Origin: an uncultured Acidobacteriota bacterium
GTDB taxonomy: Bacteria; Acidobacteriota; Vicinamibacteria; Fen-336
Length of the DNA stretch: 64,000 nt
Direction of reading: 5' to 3'
Assembly: GCA_963720545.1 (NCBI GenBank)
Contig: OY970399.1
Location: 3,456,001 to 3,520,000 of the forward strand
Program-made: the position numbers and the translations under genes
Notes under the pieces: model-generated
What the model was told of the DNA's origin: nothing
Databases searched by the model: none
What the model saw: the letters and a program-made list of their open reading frames with translations, nothing else
Part shown: positions 9,043 to 19,305 of the stretch, piece by piece
Position numbering within the stretch: position 1 is the first letter of the stretch
Layout: the number at the start of each line of letters is the position of its first letter

Positions 9043-10386
9043 CTAGCGCACCAGCAGGATGCGGTTATTGACCGGGTACAGCCACTCGATGCCGCGCTCC
9101 GTGACGAGTCCGTCGTCCTCGAGCGGGATGCGCACCTTGGCGCCGCCGAATTCTGGCGCCGCGGTGTAGGCAAAGAACTCGATCGACAGCAGGTTGCTCG
9201 GCTTCAAAGTGTAGGTGAGGCGCAGCGGATGGAACCACGCGACCGATGGTCCGATGTCGTGGCCCATGTTGCCGACCGAGTGGCAGCCGATGATGACGTC
9301 GGTCTTCGGCCCGCTCGTCGGCTTGTTGAACTCCTTCATCACCTCGAAGCCCGCTTCGCTCGCGCGCTGGTTGAGCGCCGCGAGCGTCTCGTCGGCGCGC
9401 CGGCCCGGCTTGATGTTCCTGCGGATGATCTCGCGCAGCTTCACCGCCTGGTCGAACGCGTTCTGCAGGCCCTTCGGCACCGCCTTCTCGCCGGGCTTCA
9501 GCACGTAGGCCATGCGCTTCACGTCGGTGCAGAAATTGAGGCGGCACACACCCCAGTCGATGATCAGCAGGTCGCCGCGCTGGACGATGCGCTGGTTCGA
9601 CGTGTCCTCGATGCCCTTCGGGCCGGTGACGTAGACGGATGGCATGTCGAAGGACGAAGACAGGCCCTGTTCGAGCAGCCGGTCCTGCATCCACCAAGCC
9701 ACGTCCTCGAGCGCCGTCACCCCCGGCGTGATGACCTCGTTCGACAGCGCGCGCTCGGCGATGTTGCGCGACAGCTCGCCGGCGGCGGCGAACGCCGCGA
9801 TCTCGGTGCCCACGCGCCGCGCGCGGAAATCGGAGACGAGCTTCTCGGCCGAGACGAAGCGCGCCGCGTAGTCGGGTCCGAGCGTCTTGCCGAGCTCGAG
9901 GAAGGCGGCGTGCGACAGCCCGTCTGCCGCGCCGATTTCCTCCGACATGTTGAGGCCGATCTTCTTCGGGTTGCGCTCGGCGACGAACTTGCGCAGGTCG
10001 TAGGCGCCTTCCTCCACGATGTCGTAGACCGGGCACTCCTCGAGCATGTAGCCGCCCACGCCGAGCGCCGCGCGCTCGACGCGCTCGCCGCCGCGGTCGG
10101 TGAATATGTAGAAGGCGACCCGCCCCGGATAGCCGCGGCCGAGGTCTTCATAGAGCGGGTCGGGATCGCCTTCCTTCATCATCACGATCCACATGTCGAT
10201 GCCGTTCTCGCGCATCGCCTCGGGCAGGATCAGGTCGAACTTGTCCTTGCGGATCTGGCACAGCGTGTCCCAGCGGCGCCGCGACTCCTGGGCGGACGCG
10301 CGGCGTGGCGCCGCGAGGCTCAGCCCTGCGAGGACGATGAGGGCGGCGCGTGCGGCCCGACTTCGCGCGACTTTGCTTCCTGCCAT
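9043..10386 (-). CDS. M24 family (Xaa-Pro-like) metallopeptidase, probably exported
   Basis: Signal peptide; 'GDLLIIDWG..TDVKR', 'GHDIGP', 'SIEF' and 'LEDD' M24 motifs. Confidence 0.85.
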   Translation of the reverse strand: MAGSKVARSRAARAALIVLAGLSLAAPRRASAQESRRRWDTLCQIRKDKFDLILPEAMRENGIDMWIVMMKEGDPDPLYEDLGRGYPGRVAFYIFTDRGGERVERAALGVGGYMLEECPVYDIVEEGAYDLRKFVAERNPKKIGLNMSEEIGAADGLSHAAFLELGKTLGPDYAARFVSAEKLVSDFRARRVGTEIAAFAAAGELSRNIAERALSNEVITPGVTALEDVAWWMQDRLLEQGLSSSFDMPSVYVTGPKGIEDTSNQRIVQRGDLLIIDWGVCRLNFCTDVKRMAYVLKPGEKAVPKGLQNAFDQAVKLREIIRRNIKPGRRADETLAALNQRASEAGFEVMKEFNKPTSGPKTDVIIGCHSVGNMGHDIGPSVAWFHPLRLTYTLKPSNLLSIEFFAYTAAPEFGGAKVRIPLEDDGLVTERGIEWLYPVNNRILLVR

Positions 10387-11171
10387 AGCGTTTCCATCTC
10401 CTCGATCGTGGACCGGGCCGGGGACGAGCCGCGCTCGCGCAGGGCATCCTCGACGAATGCGAAGCGGCGGCGGAACTTGCGATTGGCCGACTTCAGCGCG
10501 CTCTCGGGGTCGATGCCGGTGAGCCGGGCGACGTTGACGAGCGTGAACAGCAGGTCGCCGACTTCCTCCTGCACCCGCAGGTGCACGGGCGGCGCCGCGG
10601 CGAGCGCCACCTTCAGTTCGCGGGCCTCTTCGTCGATCTTGTGCAGGGCATCGCCGGCCGATTTCCAGTCGAAGCCCACCCGGCCCGCCTTGGTCGTGAC
10701 CTGGTACGCCTCCATCAGCGCCGGCTGGGCGGTCGAGACGCCGGCGAGCAGCGATTCGTCACTGCTTTTCCCGGCAGCAGCGCGCTCCTCCACTTTCTGT
10801 GCTTCCCAGTTGCGCAGCACCTCACCGGGCGAACTCGCTGCGACGTCGCCGAACACGTGCGGATGGCGGCGCACCATCTTGTCGGTGACCTTGCGGGCGA
10901 CGTCGGCGGCGGTGAAGCGGCCGCCCTCGGCGGCGATCTGTGCGTGATAGACGACCTGCAGCAGCAGGTCGCCGAGCTCCGCGCTCAGTTCGTCGTCGCT
11001 GCCGTCGATCGCCTCCACCACCTCATAGGCCTCCTCGATGGTGTTGGTCTTCAGGCTCTCGTGGGTCTGTTCGCGGTCCCAGGGACACCCGCCCGGCGCG
11101 CGCAGCCGCGCGATCAGCGCGCACAGCGCCGCGAACGCTTCACCGGCGTTTTCGTCGGTCGAGATCTCCAT
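10320..11171 (-). CDS. mazG: Nucleoside triphosphate pyrophosphohydrolase MazG
   Basis: 'LRAPGGCPWDREQTHESL', 'EEAYEV', 'ELGDLLLQ', 'RRHPHVFG', 'EEVGDLLF'. Confidence 0.95.
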   Translation of the reverse strand: MEISTDENAGEAFAALCALIARLRAPGGCPWDREQTHESLKTNTIEEAYEVVEAIDGSDDELSAELGDLLLQVVYHAQIAAEGGRFTAADVARKVTDKMVRRHPHVFGDVAASSPGEVLRNWEAQKVEERAAAGKSSDESLLAGVSTAQPALMEAYQVTTKAGRVGFDWKSAGDALHKIDEEARELKVALAAAPPVHLRVQEEVGDLLFTLVNVARLTGIDPESALKSANRKFRRRFAFVEDALRERGSSPARSTIEEMETLWQEAKSREVGPHAPPSSSSQG

Positions 11172-11275
11172 CGCAGCGATTCTAGGGGTTCAGGGTCGCG
11201 CGGCGAACGGGCCGCTGCTAACGTTTTCATCTGGACCCGAACGCGCCGCCGCCATTTTCGGTTGTCGACATCGAC

Positions 11276-11728
11276 GTGCGCGACCCGCTCGCGGTCGCCA
11301 CCGTGCGCGAGTTGTTCCTCGAGTACGCGGCTGCCATCGGCGTCGACCTGTGCTTCCAGGGGTTCGACGCCGAGGTGGCGTCGCTGCCCGGCCGCTACGG
11401 CGCCGCCGGCGGTGCCCTGCTGCTCGCGGCCGACGCGCAGGGCGCCGTCGGCTGCGCGGCGCTGCGCGAGCAGTCGCCCGGCATCGGCGAGATGAAGCGG
11501 CTGTTCGTCCGTCCGCGCAGCCGCGGCACCGGACTCGGCCGCGCCCTGGCGCTCGCAATCATCGACCGGGCCCGGCGCCACGGTTACGACCGGCTGCGGC
11601 TCGACACGCTGCCGATCGCAGCCATGGGCCGCGCCATACACCTCTACGAGGCGCTGGGGTTTCGCGACATCGCGCCTTACACTTTCAATCCGGTCCCGGG
11701 AGCCAGGTACATGGAATTGCCGCTTTGA
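11276..11728 (+). CDS. GNAT family N-acetyltransferase (may start at in-frame CTG 11231)
   Basis: '[17 protein letters not shown]', '[17 protein letters not shown]', 'LYEALGF'. Confidence 0.9.
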   Translation: MRDPLAVATVRELFLEYAAAIGVDLCFQGFDAEVASLPGRYGAAGGALLLAADAQGAVGCAALREQSPGIGEMKRLFVRPRSRGTGLGRALALAIIDRARRHGYDRLRLDTLPIAAMGRAIHLYEALGFRDIAPYTFNPVPGARYMELPL

Positions 11729-12507
11729 AGCTGCCCCTCTTTCACGTCGACGCGTTCACCTCGCGGCCGTTCGGTGGCAACCCGGCCGCGGTCTGCCCGC
11801 TCGAGGGCGACACCTGGCTCGATGACGCCACGCTGCAGTCGATCGCCGCGGAGAACAACCTCTCGGAGACTGCGTTCGTCATGGGCCGCGGCGGCGAGTA
11901 CCAGCTGCGCTGGTTCACGCCACGCCTCGAGATCGACCTGTGCGGCCACGCCACGCTTGGCACCGCTTACGTCATCTTCAACCGCCTCGAGACCGGTCTC
12001 ACGCACGCCAGCTTCAAGACCCGCAGCGGCACGCTCACCGTCGATGGCGAAGGCGACACGCTGTGGCTCGACTTTCCGTCGCGGCCGCCGCAGAGCGCGC
12101 AGCCGCCGGCCAACTTGTCGGCCGGCCTCGGCGCGCAGCCGCAGGAAACGCTCGCCGCTCGCGACTACCTGTTCGTGTTCGGCAGCGAGGAGGAAGTTGC
12201 CGCGCTGCGCCCCGACTTCCGGATCCTGGCCCGCTGGGAGCGGATGGTGATCGTCACGGCGCCCGGACGTTCCGTGGACTTCGTCTCGCGCTTCTTCGCG
12301 CCGACGAGCGGCATCGACGAAGACCCGGTCACCGGCTCCGCGCACTGCACGCTCATCCCGTACTGGGCGAAGCGCCTCGGCAAGGACCGCCTCGAGGCGC
12401 GCCAGGTCTCGGAGCGCATCGGCGAGCTGCGCTGTGAGCTGCGTGGCGAGCGCGTGCGCATCGGCGGCTCGGTGCGCCCGTACCTCGAAGGAACCATCGA
12501 GCTTTGA
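11725..12507 (+). CDS. PhzF family isomerase/epimerase
   Basis: TTG start overlaps the GNAT stop; '[16 protein letters not shown]', 'LSETAF', 'DLCGHATL', 'EDPVTGSAH'. Confidence 0.92.
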   Translation: MKLPLFHVDAFTSRPFGGNPAAVCPLEGDTWLDDATLQSIAAENNLSETAFVMGRGGEYQLRWFTPRLEIDLCGHATLGTAYVIFNRLETGLTHASFKTRSGTLTVDGEGDTLWLDFPSRPPQSAQPPANLSAGLGAQPQETLAARDYLFVFGSEEEVAALRPDFRILARWERMVIVTAPGRSVDFVSRFFAPTSGIDEDPVTGSAHCTLIPYWAKRLGKDRLEARQVSERIGELRCELRGERVRIGGSVRPYLEGTIEL

Positions 12508-13340
12508 GCGCAACACGCCGGGTCGTGATCGCCACGGCACTGGCGGCGCTGCTGGTGCGCGACGCCGGCGCCGACTCGTTCGAGTTCGGCAAGACCGCAG
12601 CCGTCATAAACGGGGCCGCCGTGGGCATCAGCGCCTTCGACCAGAAGATCTGGGCCCCGGGTCCGTGCCGCTGGTGCAAGACCAACTCCTTCGACGACTG
12701 GTTCATCGGCGGCGACACGCGGCCGCGCAAGAACGCGCGGCGCGTGAGCGACTTCCTGCTGGCGGGGTCGCTCGCCTCGTCGCTGGTCGCGAGCGGCGCC
12801 TTCGACGGCAACCGCAGCGGCGGCGAACTGGGCGTGTGGGTGACGACCATGGGCGCTTCCGTGTTCACGCTGCAGCTCAGCAAGCAGCTGATCCGGCGCC
12901 AGCGCCCGTACGCGCGCAGCCACCCCGACAACGACCCCGACGACAACAAGTCGTTCTTCTCCGGCCACACCGCATTGTCGGTGGCAGGCGCGGTGGCCGC
13001 ACGCAAGATGCGGAGCCTTTCGGGCCGTGAAGGCGGCGGCGCCATGGCAGACGTCGCGCTCGTCTCGGCCGGTGTCACCGGCGCTCTGCGTGTCGTCGCC
13101 CGCAAGCACTACGTCACGGACGTGGCGGTGGGCGCCGCCGTCGGCGTCGCCGCCGGCATCCTGGTGCCAAAGCTGATGTGGCACAGGACAACCGAGGATC
13201 CGGTCGTCAACTACCGCGCTGCCACCGCGTTCACTGCCGCGCCCCTCGCCCAATTCGGCAGCGACCGCCGCGCCTGGAGCGTCGGCATCGGCGGCAGCCC
13301 CCAGGCCACAGGAATGTCCTTCGGCTTGTCCTGGCGCTGA
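12504..13340 (+). CDS. PAP2 family phosphatase
   Basis: K-x6-RP, SFFSGHT and R-x5-HYVTDV motifs. Confidence 0.85.
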   Translation: MSATRRVVIATALAALLVRDAGADSFEFGKTAAVINGAAVGISAFDQKIWAPGPCRWCKTNSFDDWFIGGDTRPRKNARRVSDFLLAGSLASSLVASGAFDGNRSGGELGVWVTTMGASVFTLQLSKQLIRRQRPYARSHPDNDPDDNKSFFSGHTALSVAGAVAARKMRSLSGREGGGAMADVALVSAGVTGALRVVARKHYVTDVAVGAAVGVAAGILVPKLMWHRTTEDPVVNYRAATAFTAAPLAQFGSDRRAWSVGIGGSPQATGMSFGLSWR

Positions 13341-13505
13341 GCGCCCGGACTCCGAAGTCCAGCGCTTCGGTCAGTCGCGCTGGTGCGAACGAACCGCCAT
13401 CTGCGTAAGCGTATTCCTGACCGTTGCATCGGTGGGGCGAGGCATTGCCTTTGGGCTGCTACACAAGTGTCGATTAGAAGGCCTGGACCGTAGCCAATAC
13501 AACTA

Positions 13506-13556
13506 TTGACATTACGCGACGAGCGGTGCTAAAAGGCGTGATATATCACATATCAC
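13506..13556 (+). promoter_or_regulatory. Sigma70 promoter with a palindromic operator (probable GntR site)
   Basis: TTGACA 13506-11; TG-n-TAAAAG at 13527-35; perfect palindrome GTGATATATCAC 13538-49 followed by an extra ATATCAC half-site. Confidence 0.65.
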
Positions 13557-13596
13557 AGCGTAAATCCCCAACCATCAGTCAGTTCGGAGGTTAGTG

Positions 13597-16308
13597 ATGT
13601 CTAAGACCACACTCCTCGTCGTCGCGTTCCTCGCCACATTTACCGCACTGGCCCACGCGTCCACTGGAACGATTGAAGGAACGGTCAAGGATTCCAGCGC
13701 CGCAGCTCTCGGCGGCGTTGCCATCACCGCGCACAATCTCGAGACAGGCCAAGACGCCCGCAACGTGACCACGATCGAAGGCACTTATCGTTTGGCCGCG
13801 GTGCCTCCGGGGGTCTATCGCCTGACGGGAGAACTGGCCGGTTTCGCCACATTTACCCGCGAGCCGGTGCGCGTTTACGTAGGACAAACGCTCGAAATCG
13901 CCATTGTGATGGCCGTCGCCGGGCTCGCAGACGAAATGACGATCGAGGCGGACACCCCCCTGATTGCGACCACGCGCTCTGAGATCGCGCAAGTCGTGGA
14001 GGGGGAGCGGATCAAGCAACTGCCACTCGATGGTCGCGACTTTCTCGAACTCGCGGAGCTCGCACCTGGCGTCGCTCCGTCAACTGGCTTTGGTGGCGGG
14101 CTGACGAGCATTAGCGGTTCGTCCTTTCGAAATGTAGCGATCAACCTCGACGGGCTGGATGTCACGGACGTCGTTGCGCGCGGCGCGTACGGCTACTTCA
14201 CATCCGAGCCGATCCGCGAATTTCAGGTCATCACCAATCGGTTTTCCGCCGAGTACGGCCGCTCGCTATCTGGCGTGATCAACGCGGTGACTAAGTCTGG
14301 AACGAACGAATTTCACGGCACTGCATACGCCTATGGGCGCGACGAAGCTCTCGATGCCAGACATTTCGTCTTTGATACTGAAACCCTTGGCTTCAAACGC
14401 GAAGACGAAAAGGATCAGTTCTCACAGCGCCAGCTCGGTGCCAGTTTCGGCGGCCCGATCGTGAAGGACAGGACTCACTTCTTCGTCAACTACGAACACG
14501 GTGACCACGACCAAACCGCTTTCGTAACAGCAGATCCAGGGTGGTCGTTCGGCGGCCTCGACATCTCTCGCGAAGTCGGAAACTTTCCGCAAAGCACGAC
14601 AGATAACCAGATGTTCGTCAAGATCAACCACAAGGCGACCGCGCGGCACGTGCTCGAAGCGTCCTTCACACGCAAGACCAGCAACGACACCAACGTATTC
14701 GTTGGAGGCTTTTCAACAGCAAGTTTTGGCGCCCAAACTCAATTCGCGGAGAACCTATTTCTCTTGGGCGATACCTGGACGGTGTCGAACCGGGCCGTTA
14801 ACCAGTTGCGCGTGCAGTTCGGGACGCGTCGGAACGACTGGATCCCCAACGACCGCAATCCTTCCGTCTATCAGTACACGGACTTCGGCGTCATCACATG
14901 CTGCGGATCGCATCCAAGCGTGGACCAACTCAACCGGACGAGGCGAGTACAGGTCAAGAACGACTACAACCTGAACTTAGCGCGGCACAATCTCAAGTTT
15001 GGCGGCGATCTTCAATTGTTACGCGGCGACCACGATACGCGGTACACATCGACTGGCTTTTACGTCATCTGGTACGGCGCGCCGTTATATTTTCGCCAGG
15101 CTTTTGGCCCCACGCACTTCATCTTCAACGAGGAGGTGTACGGCCTCTATGCGCAGGATGATTGGCGGCTAAGCGAGCATGTCACGCTGAACGTGGGCGC
15201 GCGGTACGACTACAACACGTTCACCCCTAATGACCACAACAACATTGCGCCGCGGATCGGGTTCGCGTGGGACGCCACTCATGACAGGCGCACTAGCGTA
15301 CGTGGTGGAGTTGGGCTGTATCACGACCTGGCGTTTACTCAACTGGTCCAAGTGGCGCAATGGGGAGGACCGCAGGGCGCCTATAACCTAACTTTTGCTC
15401 CGAACGATCCCCTTTATCCTCAGAACTGGGGCAGCATCACCAGTTTGCCGACGGGCCGGCCCATCCCTGCGCGCGACATCTACGCGCTCGGTGATGATAT
15501 CCGCACGGCGCACACATGGCAGGCGTCGCTTGGCTTCCAGCGCGAGATCGGCCGTGATCTGGCGTTCAGCATGGACGGAGTGTTCATCCGCGGTGCGGAT
15601 CTGTTGCGACTGCGTGACCTCAATGCTCCTCGGTTTACCGGCCCCTACCCCGCGGGTCAGGAGGTGGCGTTCGCGAACCTCAACCGGCCCACCATTCCGG
15701 CAAGCAACGGCTTCCGGCGCGTGGACCAGATCGAATCCTCGGGACGCAGCGAGTACAAGGCGGTCTACATGAACCTCACAAAGAGGCTGCGGCGAAATAC
15801 GTTTCAGCTTTCCTACACTTTGGCGAGCGCGAAGGATGACCTGCCCGTGGGCGGCGACTACAACAGCCGAGCCAACGATAGCCTCGACATGGACGCCGAG
15901 TGGGGACCGGCCCTTAACGACATCCGCCACACCATCGCTGCGAACGCAGTGGCTGAGCTGCCCCTGGGGTTCACCGCGGGTGGCATTTTCCTCGCATATT
16001 CGGGGCGACCCTACACGGCACAACTTGGCTACGACTTCAACGGTGACGGCACCAACAACGACCGCCCTCAGGGTGTCGGCAAGGGCACTCTCACCGGCAA
16101 GGCATTCGCCAAGTTGGATCTTTTCGTGAACAAGGAGTTTCGCCTTGCAGGGCAGTGCAAGCTCAACCTCCGCCTGGAAGCGTTCAATGCTCTCGATCGC
16201 CTCAACGAGACGGAATACGGCAACCTCGTGGATACCGAAACTTATCAGCGAGCTACGAGCGCTGCGGCGCCTCGTAGTTTGCAAGTTTCGGCGAGATTCG
16301 AGTTTTAA
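13597..16308 (+). CDS. TonB-dependent receptor with an N-terminal carboxypeptidase-regulatory-like domain (Oar-like)
   Basis: GGAGG RBS; signal peptide; 'GTIEGTVKDSS', 'LPLDGRDFLELAELAPG', 'NAVTKSGTNEFHG', 'LYAQDDWR'; C-terminal 'ARFEF'. Confidence 0.93.
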   Translation: MSKTTLLVVAFLATFTALAHASTGTIEGTVKDSSAAALGGVAITAHNLETGQDARNVTTIEGTYRLAAVPPGVYRLTGELAGFATFTREPVRVYVGQTLEIAIVMAVAGLADEMTIEADTPLIATTRSEIAQVVEGERIKQLPLDGRDFLELAELAPGVAPSTGFGGGLTSISGSSFRNVAINLDGLDVTDVVARGAYGYFTSEPIREFQVITNRFSAEYGRSLSGVINAVTKSGTNEFHGTAYAYGRDEALDARHFVFDTETLGFKREDEKDQFSQRQLGASFGGPIVKDRTHFFVNYEHGDHDQTAFVTADPGWSFGGLDISREVGNFPQSTTDNQMFVKINHKATARHVLEASFTRKTSNDTNVFVGGFSTASFGAQTQFAENLFLLGDTWTVSNRAVNQLRVQFGTRRNDWIPNDRNPSVYQYTDFGVITCCGSHPSVDQLNRTRRVQVKNDYNLNLARHNLKFGGDLQLLRGDHDTRYTSTGFYVIWYGAPLYFRQAFGPTHFIFNEEVYGLYAQDDWRLSEHVTLNVGARYDYNTFTPNDHNNIAPRIGFAWDATHDRRTSVRGGVGLYHDLAFTQLVQVAQWGGPQGAYNLTFAPNDPLYPQNWGSITSLPTGRPIPARDIYALGDDIRTAHTWQASLGFQREIGRDLAFSMDGVFIRGADLLRLRDLNAPRFTGPYPAGQEVAFANLNRPTIPASNGFRRVDQIESSGRSEYKAVYMNLTKRLRRNTFQLSYTLASAKDDLPVGGDYNSRANDSLDMDAEWGPALNDIRHTIAANAVAELPLGFTAGGIFLAYSGRPYTAQLGYDFNGDGTNNDRPQGVGKGTLTGKAFAKLDLFVNKEFRLAGQCKLNLRLEAFNALDRLNETEYGNLVDTETYQRATSAAAPRSLQVSARFEF

Positions 16309-17370
16309 GTGGGGCCGCACAACTCTCGGCGCGGTTTCCTCACGGCACTCACGGTGGCTCCGCTAGCGCTGAGGCCCTTTCGGGTGCGCGCTGACGTTGG
16401 CGCCGATGCTCAGGCGCTACACGCTGCCTCGATCGTCATCGACCACGCGTGTCCACTTCTCGTTCCCGACGACGACGATTATCTCGCGAAGACCCGCGCA
16501 GGCGGGACCACGGTTGCGATGGCGACTCTGGCTAGCAACCACGACTTTCGCGCGGCTCTCGGACTGATGAACGCATGGATGGTGCGCTTTGCGAAGGACC
16601 CAACGCTCATCCACGTTACGACCGTGGCCGACATCGAGCGCGCGAAGTCCGAGGGCAGGCTGGGCGTGGGATTCCATTTCCAGAATTCGCGCGCTATCGA
16701 ATACGACTTGGAGAACCTAGTCCTCTTCCATCGCCTCGGACTGCGCGTCATGCAGCTCACTTACAACGAGAAAAACCAGGTCGGTGACGGCGCTACCGAG
16801 CGCACTGATGCTGGGCTCTCCAAGTTCGGTCTGCGCCTCATCGAAGAAATGAACCGCTTGGGCGTGGTGGTCGACCTGAGCCACGTCGGCCACCGTACCA
16901 CCATGGAAGCGATGGAAGCTTCCAGGGCTCCGGTCGTATTCAGTCACTCCAATGCCTGGACCATTCACCGGAGCAAGCGCAACATTCAGGATGACCAGAT
17001 CAAGGCCCTGGCGAAGAGCGGTGGGGTAATTGGCATGAATGGGTTCCCAGGCTTCGTTCATAGGGACCATCCCGCCACGCTCGACCAACTTCTGGACCAC
17101 GTCGACTACATCGCAAAACTTGTCGGCCCCGACCATCTCGGGCTTGGGTTGGACTACTCGCAGTCCACTCCAGAGGACTACAAGCGCTGGAATTACGACA
17201 TCGAGACATACCCGATGCCTCCATGGAAGTATCCGACTGGCGTCCAGGACGTCTCCCTACTCCCCAACTTTACGGCGGGGTTGAAGAAGCGCGGCTACAG
17301 CGACGAGGACGTGCGAAAGATCCTCGGGGGGAACTTCATCCGCGTCTTTAAAGCCGTGTGGAAGGCTTGA
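16309..17370 (+). CDS. Membrane dipeptidase (M19, renal dipeptidase family), Tat-exported
   Basis: SRRGFL Tat motif; 'EMNRLGVVVDLSHV', 'FSHSN', 'KRNIQDD', 'GLGLD', 'ILGGNF'. Confidence 0.9.
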   Translation: MGPHNSRRGFLTALTVAPLALRPFRVRADVGADAQALHAASIVIDHACPLLVPDDDDYLAKTRAGGTTVAMATLASNHDFRAALGLMNAWMVRFAKDPTLIHVTTVADIERAKSEGRLGVGFHFQNSRAIEYDLENLVLFHRLGLRVMQLTYNEKNQVGDGATERTDAGLSKFGLRLIEEMNRLGVVVDLSHVGHRTTMEAMEASRAPVVFSHSNAWTIHRSKRNIQDDQIKALAKSGGVIGMNGFPGFVHRDHPATLDQLLDHVDYIAKLVGPDHLGLGLDYSQSTPEDYKRWNYDIETYPMPPWKYPTGVQDVSLLPNFTAGLKKRGYSDEDVRKILGGNFIRVFKAVWKA

Positions 17371-17373
17371 GAG

Positions 17374-19305
17374 TTGTTCTTGTTGGCGACGATACTGGCC
17401 GCAGTCAATGCCGCGGTGTTGATTCCAGAAGAGCGACCGTACTCATTCTTCAGTGGGGTGTTGAGGCCGGCTGAATACTCCGCAGGCGACATTGGCGTTC
17501 AACGTGGCCTGATGGTCGTCGCCAGAGACGGGATCAGGCTTGCAACGGACCTTTATCTTCCGCCGGGCGGAGGCAAGTTGCCCACCATCATTATGCGCAC
17601 CCCGTATGGCAAGGAGGGTTCAGAGCCGTTGTTACGCGAGGTGGCGCGCTATGGCTACGCGGTTGTGGCACAAGACTGTCGCGGCACAGGCGCGAGCGAA
17701 CCGGGCCAATGGGACATGTACATGTATGAGAAGGAGGACGGTCAGGACCTTCTCAATTGGGTAGAGGCGCAGTCTTGGTCGAACGGCAAAGTCGGCGGCG
17801 TCGGCGGCTCCTATGTTGGCGAAACCCAATGGTTCATGGCATCCAACAAGGGAATGACGGCGATCCTGCCCGAGGTTGCCGGACTCGGTGACGGATCGTC
17901 GCCGGGGGTCCGGCTGCATATGATGGTGAACGCCTATGCGCGGACCATCGGCAAGTCTGGAGGCCGCGCCAAGGCATCAGTTTCGTTGGATGAAATTGAG
18001 CGGCAGATGGAAGCCGAAACACTAAGCACGGGGTATTTCAACGACCCCCTTAATGGCCCCTATCCGGAGCGGATGTTGGAACGCTTTCCCGTGTTGCGAG
18101 CATTGGCCCCCGCCGCACGCGCCGAACGGCTGCTCCAAATCTGGGCTGAACTTCCGCCCGCGGAGCGCACCGCCCTTGTGCGCAATCTTCTCGGTGCGTC
18201 CGAAGTGAACTACGCCAACCTGGGCAATCTGCCGGCAATCTTCGGCCCAGACGGTGGCGGCCCCGCCTTCAAGTATGTTGCTCCCTCCCTGGCGGATGTG
18301 TATCGGAGTATCGCTGCGCCGCCGTTGATGTTGAACGGCTGGTATGACTGGGGGCTCGATTTGACGCTCGAGACGTGGGCACTCATCGAAGAATTTTCAA
18401 ATCCGCACGTTCGTGACAACGCCGTCATGGTGATCACACCAAGTGCGCACAATAGCGTTGGCTATAACGAGGGAGCAGATGTGACGCCGGCCCTGCGGTA
18501 CCGCTATCGAGGCCTCGACAACCTGGAGTTGATAGTTCGTTGGTACGATCGCTGGCTCAAGAATCGTCCGGACGCCGTTGAAGGCCTTTCGCGTGTGACG
18601 TATTACATGATGGGGGCCAATCAGTGGCGCGGAGCCGATGCGTGGCCGCCACGAAGTGCTCGGCCGACCCGCTTTTTCCTCGACTCCGGCGGTAGTGCGA
18701 GCGGAGTGCACGGATCCGGAATCTTAAGGCGGGAACACGTGGGCGACGGGCAGCCCGACCGATTCACATACGATCCCGAGCACCCGCCGCCGACTCGCGG
18801 GGGCAGCATCGTCTCCGCTCTTGTCCCGTCAGGCTCGCTCGATCAAAGTGAGACGCAGGAACGAGAGGACGTGCTCGTGTACACAACGGCTCCGCTCGAG
18901 AGCGATCTCGGGGTCGTCGGCCCGGTGCACGCACTCATTCACGCGAGCTCATCCGCCGTCGACACCGACTGGACCGCAAAGCTCACTGATGTCTTCCCGG
19001 ACGGCCGTGCTTTAGTCCTGCAAAGCGGGATTGTGCGGGCGCGCTTCCGCAATCGAGGAGAAGATCCTTCGCTAATCGAGCCCGGGCGAGTGTATCCATA
19101 CGACATCGACATGTGGGCAACCGCCAACCTGTTCCGGAAAGGCCACCGGATTCGGCTCGAAATCGCTTCGGCTGACTTCCCCCGCTATGAAAGGAATACC
19201 AATCGCGGCGGTCAACCCGGATCACCGCTAAAGGCAACTCAAACCGTGTTTCACGAGCGAGCCTATCCGTCGCATCTCGTGTTGCACGTGATGGACGAGC
19301 CTTGA
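17374..19305 (+). CDS. CocE/NonD family hydrolase (S15/X-Pro dipeptidyl peptidase-like)
   Basis: 'RDGIRLATDLYLP', 'RTPYG', 'QDCRGTGASE', nucleophile motif GGSYVG, C-terminal 'FRKGHRIRLEI'. Confidence 0.9.
   Translation: MFLLATILAAVNAAVLIPEERPYSFFSGVLRPAEYSAGDIGVQRGLMVVARDGIRLATDLYLPPGGGKLPTIIMRTPYGKEGSEPLLREVARYGYAVVAQDCRGTGASEPGQWDMYMYEKEDGQDLLNWVEAQSWSNGKVGGVGGSYVGETQWFMASNKGMTAILPEVAGLGDGSSPGVRLHMMVNAYARTIGKSGGRAKASVSLDEIERQMEAETLSTGYFNDPLNGPYPERMLERFPVLRALAPAARAERLLQIWAELPPAERTALVRNLLGASEVNYANLGNLPAIFGPDGGGPAFKYVAPSLADVYRSIAAPPLMLNGWYDWGLDLTLETWALIEEFSNPHVRDNAVMVITPSAHNSVGYNEGADVTPALRYRYRGLDNLELIVRWYDRWLKNRPDAVEGLSRVTYYMMGANQWRGADAWPPRSARPTRFFLDSGGSASGVHGSGILRREHVGDGQPDRFTYDPEHPPPTRGGSIVSALVPSGSLDQSETQEREDVLVYTTAPLESDLGVVGPVHALIHASSSAVDTDWTAKLTDVFPDGRALVLQSGIVRARFRNRGEDPSLIEPGRVYPYDIDMWATANLFRKGHRIRLEIASADFPRYERNTNRGGQPGSPLKATQTVFHERAYPSHLVLHVMDEP

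Noticed and set aside
5731..10947. 1738-aa plus-strand ORF, and similar long ORFs such as 49618-52959 (-) and 931-3186 (+)
   Set aside because: They are antisense or off-frame shadows of well-supported genes. Stop codons are rare at this GC content, and the translations are Arg/Ala-rich with no motifs.
10320..11171. mazG as part of an anti-phage or toxin-antitoxin system
   Set aside because: It is the ordinary two-domain housekeeping MazG with no mazEF or defence genes nearby. The 67-bp overlap with the next gene is unremarkable.
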